This document shows positions 8,700-16,783 of a stretch of 64,000 bases of DNA, in pieces. Origin of the DNA: Christensenellales bacterium (GTDB lineage Bacteria > Bacillota > Clostridia > Christensenellales > CAG-138); contig JBGULC010000023.1 in NCBI GenBank assembly GCA_045114775.1, forward strand, positions 17,364-81,363. Reading direction: 5' to 3'. How positions within the stretch are numbered: the stretch's first letter is position 1; every line of letters begins with the position of its first letter. The notes under the pieces are model-generated. The model worked only from the letters and a program-made list of their open reading frames with translations, ran no database searches and had not been told where the DNA came from. The position numbers and the translations under genes were made by a program.

Positions 8700-9707
8700 T
8701 CATTCGAAGATTTCCTTTGAAACAGGAATATACACCATCTGCAAAGGAATAATCCTTTTATACTTTTCGCTTAAATCTCCGTAATACTTGGTTATCAAAT
8801 CAACTAATTCCGTTCCGTTTATTCCTCGAATACTCGGTGTTTTCTGCAAAAAATCTTTTGCTTTCTTCGTATAATCCGAAAGGGTGACAAACAGGCCATA
8901 ATCACCCGTTTGCATTGCACCTTTCAAAGATTGTATCGTGGCTTCTTTGATTTCGCTGTCCTGACTCTTGACCTGTACTATAATTCGCGGCGGAAGCTCA
9001 TCTTTATAAGCCGTAATGTCGATCCCGCTGTCTCCTCCATGCGGCGATACTTTTGTACGATAACCCATTGCTCTCAACAGATCGGCTACAAATTCTTCAA
9101 GATCGTACCCTTTCAGCTGTCGGCTGAGTTCTTTCAAAATAAAGTCTCTTGTGCTTTCAATAATCTCTTCTGCAGTAGCAGCTACTGTTTCATCCTCGTT
9201 TTCAGGATCATTTACTTTTTTGAACCCTTTGTCAAGCGCTCCGAGGAACTCGTCTACATAGTTCTTTACCATGAAAAAAGATAAGGCAGAACCGATCTCG
9301 TATAGCGCGCCCTGCGTAAAATAGGTCCTCGGGAATTGTTTTAACCATTTGACTTTCCGTGTTTGTACATACTCCGGTTGTGCAGCATCATAACGATATG
9401 CTCCCTCAATCATACCTATATGCACCTGTCGATCGCTCTTTGACGGGTAAACCACATAATCGCCGATTTGTGCCTCGCAGCAAAAGCGGTGCAGCATTCC
9501 TGCGCCGTTTGCTATGTTCCCTTTTTTCGCGTCAACATATACTTCCGTATACCGTTTTTTGAACGCTTCACGATCAGAGCCGAGGATACTCAGGTCTCCC
9601 ATCTCTTTCCATCCGATTGCAATGATGCTTTCTTTGCAAAATAGACTGTCATCCTTACAATGAATGCCCCAAACTCGTTTTTCCTTTTTCTTGTTTTTAT
9701 CTTCCAT
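8700..9707 (-). CDS. Mrr-cat (PD-(D/E)xK) restriction endonuclease with an uncharacterised N-terminal domain (putative type IV enzyme)
   Basis: The C-terminus DLLRAMGY..GGDSGIDI..IIVQVKS..GLFVT fits the Mrr_cat pattern. SD GGAG precedes ATG 9707. The gene is strikingly AT-rich compared with its flanks. Confidence 0.75.
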   Translation of the reverse strand: MEDKNKKKEKRVWGIHCKDDSLFCKESIIAIGWKEMGDLSILGSDREAFKKRYTEVYVDAKKGNIANGAGMLHRFCCEAQIGDYVVYPSKSDRQVHIGMIEGAYRYDAAQPEYVQTRKVKWLKQFPRTYFTQGALYEIGSALSFFMVKNYVDEFLGALDKGFKKVNDPENEDETVAATAEEIIESTRDFILKELSRQLKGYDLEEFVADLLRAMGYRTKVSPHGGDSGIDITAYKDELPPRIIVQVKSQDSEIKEATIQSLKGAMQTGDYGLFVTLSDYTKKAKDFLQKTPSIRGINGTELVDLITKYYGDLSEKYKRIIPLQMVYIPVSKEIFE

Positions 9708-9733
9708 GATACACTCCGCTATTATTCCCATTC

Positions 9734-9768
9734 AAAAAACGCGTCCCGAGGAGCAAGTCCCCGGGACG
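9734..9768 (-). terminator. Intrinsic terminator after etfA
   Basis: Minus strand reads CGTCCCGGGG-loop-CCTCGGGACG followed by CGTTTTTT. Confidence 0.6.
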
Positions 9769-9779
9769 TATCGCTTTTC

Positions 9780-10898
9780 TTATTTCTCCGCTTTCGCCGC
9801 GCGGATGGATTCGATCAGCTCCGGAACGACTTTGAAGAGGTCGCCCACGATGCCGTAGTCCGCACATTCGAAGATCGGGGCGGTCTCGTTCTTGTTGACC
9901 GCGATGATGCATTCGGATTCCTGCATGCCCGCCTTGTGCTGGATCGCGCCGGAAATGCCGAGCGCGACGTACACCTTCGGGTGGACCGTCTTGCCGGTCT
10001 GGCCGACCTGATGATCCGCGCCGATCCAGCCCGCGTCGACGCAGGCACGGGACGCGCCGACCACGCCGCCGAGCTCGTTTGCAAGCTCTTCCGCAAGGGC
10101 AAGACCCTTTTCGACGTCCTTGCTGATGCCGCGGCCGACGGAGACGATATAGTCTGCGCCGATCAGATCGACGAGCTTCTTCGCCGCCTTGACGACCTCG
10201 ACGACCTCGGTCTTGATATCCTCGGCGCTGAGTTCAAACGCGGGATGCAGAAGCTCAACCTCGCGCGGGTTCTCGCGGCGCTTCATCACGCCGGGACGCA
10301 CCGTCGCCATTGCGGGACGGAAGCGCGGGCAGATGATGGACGCCATCAGGTGACCGCCGAAAGCCGGGCGGGTCATCTTGAGGTCGCGCGCGACGGAGTG
10401 ATCCGCGCCCGCGAGCTTGACGCTCTTGGTGCGCTCGATGCGGTCCTCGGGAAGCGTGGACGCTTCGCGGAGGAACTGCTGATAGTTATTGAGGTCGATA
10501 TCCAGATGCGTGCAGTCCGCGCAGAGACCGGTGTGCAGTCTTGCCGCGCAGCGCGGCGCGAGATCGCGTCCGATCGTGGATGCGCCGAAGAGAAGGATCT
10601 CGGGTTTGAATTCCTCGACCGCGTCGACGATGACCTTGGCGTATGCGTCGGTCGTGAATGTGCCGAGAAGCGGGCTATTGTAGACGTAGACCTTGTCCGC
10701 GCCGTAGAGGCCGAGCTCCTTAGCAATGCCGTCGACGTTGTCGCCGAGCAGGACGCCGCAAAGCTCCACGCCGAGCTCGTCGGCAAGCTTGCGTCCCTCG
10801 CTGATCAGTTCAAAGGTGGTCGGCATCATTTCGCCGTTGCGCTGTTCGCAGAAGACCCAAACGTTCTTGAAAGCTTCGATTTCGCTGCTGTTAAACAT
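9780..10898 (-). CDS. etfA: Electron transfer flavoprotein alpha subunit
   Basis: EtfA-type sequence (TRPAFGG, VYVALGISGAIQH). Follows etfB and bcd. Confidence 0.85.
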   Translation of the reverse strand: MFNSSEIEAFKNVWVFCEQRNGEMMPTTFELISEGRKLADELGVELCGVLLGDNVDGIAKELGLYGADKVYVYNSPLLGTFTTDAYAKVIVDAVEEFKPEILLFGASTIGRDLAPRCAARLHTGLCADCTHLDIDLNNYQQFLREASTLPEDRIERTKSVKLAGADHSVARDLKMTRPAFGGHLMASIICPRFRPAMATVRPGVMKRRENPREVELLHPAFELSAEDIKTEVVEVVKAAKKLVDLIGADYIVSVGRGISKDVEKGLALAEELANELGGVVGASRACVDAGWIGADHQVGQTGKTVHPKVYVALGISGAIQHKAGMQESECIIAVNKNETAPIFECADYGIVGDLFKVVPELIESIRAAKAEK

Positions 10899-10916
10899 GA
10901 TTCCGTTCCCCCTTCC

Positions 10917-11717
10917 TCAGATGATGTGCTTCGCGGCAAGGATGCCCGCGAGCTTGTCGGTCGTTTCCTTTCCGTCGCCCGGAAGCATCATGCCCGCGCC
11001 CTTTTGCGGCGGCGTGAACGACGTCAGGATGTTCGTGGGAGAACCTAAGAGTCCGATCGTGCTCTTGTCGATCAGCGGGTGATCCTTGAGCGTATCGTAG
11101 GTCATGGTGACGACGGGCTTTTCGTAGCACTCAAAGATGCCGCCGATGTTCATGTAGCGCGGCTTGTTGAGCTCCTTGATGCAGGTGATCATGCAAGGCG
11201 TGTGCACTTTGACCGTCATGTAGCCGTCCTCAAGAATACGCTTGACGGTCAGCACGTCGCCGTCCTTTTGGATCTCGCCCGCATAGGTGACCTGCGGCAG
11301 ATGCAGCTTCTCCGCGATCTGCGGACCGACCTGCGCGGTGTCGCCGTCGATCGCCTGACGTCCGGCAAGGATGATGTCCTCGGGTTCGACGCCGTAGGTG
11401 TCGATCGCCGCCGCGATGATCTGGCTCGTCGCGTAGGTGTCGGAGCCGCCGAACTCGCGCGCGGTGATGAGCACGCCCTCGTCCACGCCCATTGCCATGA
11501 GCTCGCGGAGCATGCCCTCGGCGGGCGGCGGTCCCATCGTAAACGCCACGACCCTGCAGCCTAATTCATCTTTGAGAGAAAGTGCTGCTTCGATTGCGTT
11601 CATGTCGTCGGGGTTGATGATGGTCTGCATGGACGCGCGGTCCAGCGTGCCGTCCGGATTGACGGCGACCGTTCCGGAGGTATCGGGAACCTGCTTTACG
11701 GTAACAAAAATCTTCAT
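10917..11717 (-). CDS. etfB: Electron transfer flavoprotein beta subunit
   Basis: MKIFVTVKQVPD N-terminus is typical of EtfB. Confidence 0.85.
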   Translation of the reverse strand: MKIFVTVKQVPDTSGTVAVNPDGTLDRASMQTIINPDDMNAIEAALSLKDELGCRVVAFTMGPPPAEGMLRELMAMGVDEGVLITAREFGGSDTYATSQIIAAAIDTYGVEPEDIILAGRQAIDGDTAQVGPQIAEKLHLPQVTYAGEIQKDGDVLTVKRILEDGYMTVKVHTPCMITCIKELNKPRYMNIGGIFECYEKPVVTMTYDTLKDHPLIDKSTIGLLGSPTNILTSFTPPQKGAGMMLPGDGKETTDKLAGILAAKHII

Positions 11718-11734
11718 GTTCTCTGCCCTCCTTC

Positions 11735-12877
11735 TTACTTCACACCGAGGTTTGCGGCGATGACCATGCGCTGGACCTCGCTCGTGCCCTCGTAGATCTC
11801 GGTGATCTTCGCGTCGCGCATCATGCGCTCCACGGGATATTCACGCGTGTAGCCGTAACCGCCGAACAGCTGCACTGCGCGGCGCGTCACGTCGGACGCG
11901 GCTTCCGCGGCAAACAGCTTCGCCATCGCGGCTTCCATGCTGCAGCGCTCGTGCGCCTGCTTCTTCATGGCCGCGTTGTATACCAGGAACTGCGCGGCCT
12001 GCATGCGGGTATGCATGTCGGCAAGCTGGAACTGCGTGTTCTGGAACGAGCTGATGCGCTTCTTGAACTGCACGCGCTCCTTCGTGTACTTGATCGCCTC
12101 GTCGATCGCGCCTTCGCCGATGCCCAGCGCCTGCGCCGCAATGCCGATGCGGCCGCCGTCGAGCGTTGCCATTGCGATCTTGAAGCCCGCGCCTTCCTTG
12201 CCCAGAAGGTTCTCCTTCGGGACGATGCAGTCCTCGAAAATGAGGTCGCAGGTGGAGCTTCCGCGGATGCCCATTTTCTTTTCATGCTTGCCCTGCGAAA
12301 AGCCCTTGAAGCCCTTTTCCACGATGAACGCGGAGATGCCGCGGTTGCCCATCTTCGGATCGGTCATGGCGAACACCACGAACACGTCCGCAACGCTGCC
12401 GTTGGTGATGAAGCACTTCGAACCGTTCAGCACGTAATGATCGCCGTCCAATACCGCCGTGGTCTGCTGACCGGAGGCGTCGGTGCCGGCGTTCGGCTCG
12501 GTGAGACCGAAAGCGCCGAGCTTTTTGCCGCTAAGGAGGTCCGGCAGGTACTTCATCTTCTGCTCCTCGGTGCCGTTCTCAAAGATCGGCGCGCAGCACA
12601 GCGAGGTGTGCGCGGAGACGATGACCGCGGTGGTGCCGCAGACCTTCGCGAGCTCCTCGACCGTAATCGCGTAGCTCAAGACGTCGCCGCCCGCGCCGCC
12701 GTACTGCTTCGGGAAGTAGATGCCCATCATGCCGAGCTTCGCCATCTTTTCGACGGTCTCCATGGGGAAGCGCTCTTCCTCGTCGATCTCGGACGCGATC
12801 GGCTTCACTTCGTTTTCTGCGAATTCGCGAACCATCTTGCGAACCAGCAGCTGTTCCTTCGTCAGACGAAAATCCAT
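11735..12877 (-). CDS. bcd: Butyryl-CoA dehydrogenase (acyl-CoA dehydrogenase family)
   Basis: 380 aa ACAD-type protein ending YEGTSEVQRMVIA. Lies between hbd and etfBA. Confidence 0.85.
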   Translation of the reverse strand: MDFRLTKEQLLVRKMVREFAENEVKPIASEIDEEERFPMETVEKMAKLGMMGIYFPKQYGGAGGDVLSYAITVEELAKVCGTTAVIVSAHTSLCCAPIFENGTEEQKMKYLPDLLSGKKLGAFGLTEPNAGTDASGQQTTAVLDGDHYVLNGSKCFITNGSVADVFVVFAMTDPKMGNRGISAFIVEKGFKGFSQGKHEKKMGIRGSSTCDLIFEDCIVPKENLLGKEGAGFKIAMATLDGGRIGIAAQALGIGEGAIDEAIKYTKERVQFKKRISSFQNTQFQLADMHTRMQAAQFLVYNAAMKKQAHERCSMEAAMAKLFAAEAASDVTRRAVQLFGGYGYTREYPVERMMRDAKITEIYEGTSEVQRMVIAANLGVK

Positions 12878-12896
12878 TCTGATTTCTCCTTTATGT

Positions 12897-13733
12897 TTAC
12901 TTCGTGTACTTGAAGAAGCCTTCGCCGGTCTTGATGCCGAGCTTGCCCGCGCGGACCATCTTGCGGATCAGCACGTTTGCGCGATACTTCGAATCATGCG
13001 TCTCGTTATAGAGCACGTCCATGATGTTCAGCACGACGTCCCAGCCAATGAGGTCGCCGAGATGCAGCGGTCCCATCGGGTGGTTGCAGCCGAGCTGCAT
13101 TGCGACGTCGATGTCCTCCGCGGAAGCAACGCCCTCCTGCAGGACGCAGACGCCCTCGTTGCAGTACGGGATCAGGATCTTGTTGACCACAAAGCCCGGC
13201 GCCTCGTTGACGACGACCGGCGTCTTGCCGATCCCGACACAGAGGTTCTTTGCCCATTCGACGAGCTCGGTCGGCGTGTTCGCGCCTGCAATGACCTCAA
13301 CGAGCTTCATGACCGGGACCGGATTGAAGAAGTGCAGACCCACCATCGGGTGCATCAGGCCCTTGCCCATCTCGGTGATCGACAGCGAAGACGTGTTCGT
13401 CGCAAAGACGGTCTCCTCCTTGCAGAGCGTGTCAAGCCGCTGAAGGAGTTCCTTCTTGACCGCCATGTTCTCCGCGACGCACTCGATCACGAGGTCCGCG
13501 TCCGCCGCCGCGGCGACTTCGTCCACGACAATGCGGCTCATGAGATCGTCCGCCGCTTCCTGCGTCATCTTGCCCTTCGCAACACGCTTATTGAGAGACG
13601 CCGCCAGCTTGTCCTTATGCCGCTGCGCGCTCTCCACGCTCGTCGCGTACAGAAGCGCGGTGTGTCCGTTCGCGGAAAAGACCTGCGCGATGCCGCTGCC
13701 CATCGTTCCTGCGCCGAAAATTGCAACCTTCAT
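12897..13733 (-). CDS. hbd: 3-hydroxybutyryl-CoA dehydrogenase
   Basis: MKVAIFGAGTMGSGIAQ NAD-binding fold. 278 aa. Confidence 0.85.
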   Translation of the reverse strand: MKVAIFGAGTMGSGIAQVFSANGHTALLYATSVESAQRHKDKLAASLNKRVAKGKMTQEAADDLMSRIVVDEVAAAADADLVIECVAENMAVKKELLQRLDTLCKEETVFATNTSSLSITEMGKGLMHPMVGLHFFNPVPVMKLVEVIAGANTPTELVEWAKNLCVGIGKTPVVVNEAPGFVVNKILIPYCNEGVCVLQEGVASAEDIDVAMQLGCNHPMGPLHLGDLIGWDVVLNIMDVLYNETHDSKYRANVLIRKMVRAGKLGIKTGEGFFKYTK

Positions 13734-13779
13734 ATGTTCATTCCTCCTGATTTGATTTTTATAGATGGTCCGGACGTCC

Positions 13780-13856
13780 TGTCCGTGATTTCCCTGTTTG
13801 TGCGCCCCGCAGGGGCATATCGCTCCGCAGGCTGACGGAAGGGTTGTCCCTCCCGG
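13780..13856. repeat. GC-rich hairpin element in the crt-hbd intergenic spacer, possibly a degenerate member of the same repeat family
   Basis: Hairpin GCCCC-GCA-GGGGC (about 13804-13816), palindrome GGACGTCC, and a CCGCAGGCTGACGGAAGG block resembling CCGCCTGACGG in copy B. Confidence 0.35.
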
Positions 13857-14636
13857 TTACCGGTTCTGATAGGGCTCGTGCTTGCGCTTTTCGAGAAACG
13901 CCTGCATGCCCTCTTTCTGGTCCTCGGTCTCAAAGCAGCTTCCGAAAAGCTCTTCTTCGATCTGGATCGCTTCGTCCATCGGGACCTCGAGTCCCTCGTT
14001 GATCGCCTGTTTCGAGGCGCGCACCGTGATCGGCGCGTTCCTTGCGATCGTTTCCGCAAGCTTTTCCGCCGCAGGTCTGAGCTCCTCCAGTGGATAGACC
14101 GCGTTGACGAGTCCGATGCGCAGCGCTTCGTCCGCCTTGATGTTCCGCGCGGAATAGATCATCTGCTTTGCCATGCCGGGGCCGATGAGCCGTGCAAGCC
14201 TCTGCGTACCGCCGAAGCCCGGTGTGATACCGAGACCCGTTTCGGGCTGCCCGAATACCGCCGTGTCCGCGCAAATACGGATATCGCAGGCCATTGCAAG
14301 CTCGCAGCCGCCGCCCAAAGCATAGCCGTTGACCGCCGCGATCACCGGGATCGGCAGCGTTTCAATGCGGCGGAACACATCGTTGCCCTTCTTGCCGAAC
14401 GCCTCGCCCTCCGCCTTCGTAAGGTTCGACATCTCGCCGATGTCCGCGCCCGCGACGAACGACTTCTCACCGCTGCCGGTGAGGATCAGCACGCGGATCT
14501 CTTCGTCGACGGTTACCGTGTCGACCAGTGTATTCAGATCTTCCAACACCTCGGAATTCAGCGCGTTCAACGCCTTCGGACGGTCGATCGAAGCGATCGC
14601 GATATTGCCTTTCTTTTCAAACAGGATGTGCGTCAT
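13857..14636 (-). CDS. crt: Crotonase (short-chain enoyl-CoA hydratase)
   Basis: Enoyl-CoA hydratase fold (FVAGADI, GGGCELAMACD). SD GGAAGGAG precedes ATG 14636. The first 12 codons in the track are dropped. Confidence 0.85.
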   Translation of the reverse strand: MTHILFEKKGNIAIASIDRPKALNALNSEVLEDLNTLVDTVTVDEEIRVLILTGSGEKSFVAGADIGEMSNLTKAEGEAFGKKGNDVFRRIETLPIPVIAAVNGYALGGGCELAMACDIRICADTAVFGQPETGLGITPGFGGTQRLARLIGPGMAKQMIYSARNIKADEALRIGLVNAVYPLEELRPAAEKLAETIARNAPITVRASKQAINEGLEVPMDEAIQIEEELFGSCFETEDQKEGMQAFLEKRKHEPYQNR

Positions 14637-14692
14637 GGGAACTCTCCTTCCGTTTGACCGGTCTGCCCGCAATCGGGCAATTTATCATTATG

Positions 14693-14721
14693 ATTATACT
14701 ACGTTTCCGCATACTTATCAA
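14693..14721 (-). promoter_or_regulatory. sigma-A promoter of the crt-hbd-bcd-etfBA operon (TTGATA-17-TATAAT)
   Basis: Minus strand reads cTTGATAagtatgcggaaacgtagTATAATcat. Confidence 0.65.
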
Positions 14722-14765
14722 GCCCGATTCGGGCATTCGGAGGATCGTATATTATCCGGTTCCTG

Positions 14766-14794
14766 TTTACGAACCGCCCGCGGTATGCTATAAT
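14766..14794 (+). promoter_or_regulatory. Candidate promoter of the DMT transporter gene (TTTACG-17-TATAAT with TGc extended -10)
   Basis: Hexamers at about 14766-14771 and 14789-14794. Confidence 0.5.
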
Positions 14795-14823
14795 CCCGTT
14801 CGGAATCAGAATCAGAGGCGGGT

Positions 14824-15729
14824 ATGGAACTCAAAGAACGCGAATCAAAGAAAATACTCGGACACATCTTTGCGCTGTTCTCCATCATCGTATGGGGAAG
14901 CTGCTATGTGCTGACGAAAAACCTGCTCAACGCGGGCTTTACTGCGCTGCAGATCACGCCGATTCGCATGGCGCTCGCGTATGTCGTGCTTTTGATCATG
15001 CGTCCGAAGTTTCAGAGGCTTTCGTGGAAGGACGAAGGCATCTTTCTGCTGATCGGACTGTTCGGCGGCAGCGTCTATTTCTTTTTGCAGAACACCGCGC
15101 TTACCTACACCTACGCCGCGAACGTCAGCATCATCGTGTGCCTGTCCCCCATCTTCACCGCGATCCTCGCCGCGATCTTCAGCCGCGGCAACGAGCGGCT
15201 CGGCAAGTTCCTGCTCATCGGATCGCTTCTTGCGATCGCGGGCGTGGTCATGGTCGTTCTGAACGGCAGTCTCGTCTTCCATCTGAGCCCGATAGGCGAT
15301 CTTCTGGCGCTGCTCGCGGGCATTTCGTGGGCGATCTACTCGGTGCTCATCAAGCGCTATACCGAGACCATGGACGGGTTCCTTGTCACGCGCCGCGTGA
15401 TGTTCTGGGCGTTTATCACCTCGATCCCGCTGATGCTCGCCTTTGACGGCATGCCGAACCTTGCGCCGCTGTTCACGGTGCCGAAGGTACTTCTAAGCTG
15501 GCTCTTTCTCGGAATCTTAGGCAATGCGGTCTGCTTCGCGCTCTGGAATATCGCGTTTCGCGAGCTCGGCGTGGTCGTAACAAACAACTATCTGTACGGC
15601 TCGCCGTTCGTGACGCTGATCGTTGGTTGGCTTCTTTTGGGCGAACCCATCTCGTGGATGGGCGTCGTCGGCGCGGTGCTCATCACTGCCGGCGTCATAT
15701 TGGCGCAGCGGGACAAGCGAAAAGCATAA
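14824..15729 (+). CDS. EamA/DMT-superfamily transporter
   Basis: 301 aa with about 10 hydrophobic segments and a duplicated EamA-like architecture. Confidence 0.8.
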   Translation: MELKERESKKILGHIFALFSIIVWGSCYVLTKNLLNAGFTALQITPIRMALAYVVLLIMRPKFQRLSWKDEGIFLLIGLFGGSVYFFLQNTALTYTYAANVSIIVCLSPIFTAILAAIFSRGNERLGKFLLIGSLLAIAGVVMVVLNGSLVFHLSPIGDLLALLAGISWAIYSVLIKRYTETMDGFLVTRRVMFWAFITSIPLMLAFDGMPNLAPLFTVPKVLLSWLFLGILGNAVCFALWNIAFRELGVVVTNNYLYGSPFVTLIVGWLLLGEPISWMGVVGAVLITAGVILAQRDKRKA

Positions 15730-15730
15730 A

Positions 15731-15768
15731 ACAAAGGCTGTGATCGCTCACAGCCTTATTTTGTTTTC
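15731..15768. terminator. Bidirectional intrinsic terminator between convergent genes
   Basis: AGGCTGTG-loop-CACAGCCT stem flanked by an A-run and a T-run. Confidence 0.65.
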
Positions 15769-15772
15769 TCTT

Positions 15773-16771
15773 TTATTTATCGAGAACCTCCACCTGAATG
15801 GGCTTTGCGGCTTCCTCCATCGCGGTAAGCTCGGAGGGGCTTAGAACGAGGTCGAGGCTCGCGGCGTTGTCCGCAACGTTTGCGGGCTTTCGCATGCCGA
15901 CTAAAAGGCTCATGTTCTCATATTGTGCGAGCGCCCACGCTTCAAAGAGCTGCGAAAAGCTGCAGCCGTGCGCGGCGTGGATCGGCTCCCAAAGCTCAAA
16001 TGCGCGGCGAAGTCCCGCCTTGACCTCCGGCTGCACCCACGGGATGCGGGAGCGGATGTCCGTTTTTACGAACGTGCGTTCCATGAACGCGGGCGAGGTC
16101 AGAAAGCCCTCCTCGAGCACGCCGTAGGTCTGGAACGTCGTGCCGTGCGGCTTGCATGCGGTGAAATAGTCACGCCCGTGGAACGGACTTAAAATGCTGA
16201 AAAACTCCTGCACAAGATCAACGTTCCCGCCGTTCGCCTGATATTCTTCGAGGTCCGCGGGCTGACTGTTAGAAAGCCCGTACGCGCGGATCTTGCCCTG
16301 CTCCTTCAAGCGTTCGAGCGCTTCGACCGTGTCGGAGACCGGAAAGCTTTTGCACACGTAATGCACGATCACCGAATCGAGGTAGTCGGTCTGCATGCGT
16401 CTCAAAGAATCCTCGACGTCGTGGACGATCGCGGTCGGGCGCGTGTCGTTGTTGACCGTGTACCCGTCGCGCGAATAGTGAAAGTTGCCGCCCTCGTTCC
16501 GCCAGTTCAAAGAACACTTCGTCTGCAGAATGAAATCGTGCCGACGGCCTTTCAGCGCGCAGCCCAAAAGCCGCTCGCTTTCGCCCGTGCCGTAGACCGG
16601 CGCGGTGTCGATGTAGTTGATCCCGTGATCCTTACAGGCGTCGAGCAGGCTTCTTGCCTCCGCTTCGGTCGAATCGTGATCCGACCACACGCTGCCGCCG
16701 CCGAGCCCCCACGTGCCGAGCGCGATCGCGGAGACCTTGAGATCGCTGTTGCCGAGCTTCCGATACTGCAT
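15773..16771 (-). CDS. Aldo/keto reductase
   Basis: MQYRKLGNSDLKVSAIALGTW..IDTAPVYG is a typical AKR N-terminus. Confidence 0.85.
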   Translation of the reverse strand: MQYRKLGNSDLKVSAIALGTWGLGGGSVWSDHDSTEAEARSLLDACKDHGINYIDTAPVYGTGESERLLGCALKGRRHDFILQTKCSLNWRNEGGNFHYSRDGYTVNNDTRPTAIVHDVEDSLRRMQTDYLDSVIVHYVCKSFPVSDTVEALERLKEQGKIRAYGLSNSQPADLEEYQANGGNVDLVQEFFSILSPFHGRDYFTACKPHGTTFQTYGVLEEGFLTSPAFMERTFVKTDIRSRIPWVQPEVKAGLRRAFELWEPIHAAHGCSFSQLFEAWALAQYENMSLLVGMRKPANVADNAASLDLVLSPSELTAMEEAAKPIQVEVLDK

Positions 16772-16783
16772 GCAAGCCTCCGA

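Noticed and set aside
14637-14823. Rex operator (TTGTGAA-N4-TTCACAA type) in the crt operon promoter region.
   Set aside because: Only a short ATCAT-A-ATGAT palindrome overlapping the -10/+1 region was found. It does not resemble the Rex consensus and is too short to call.
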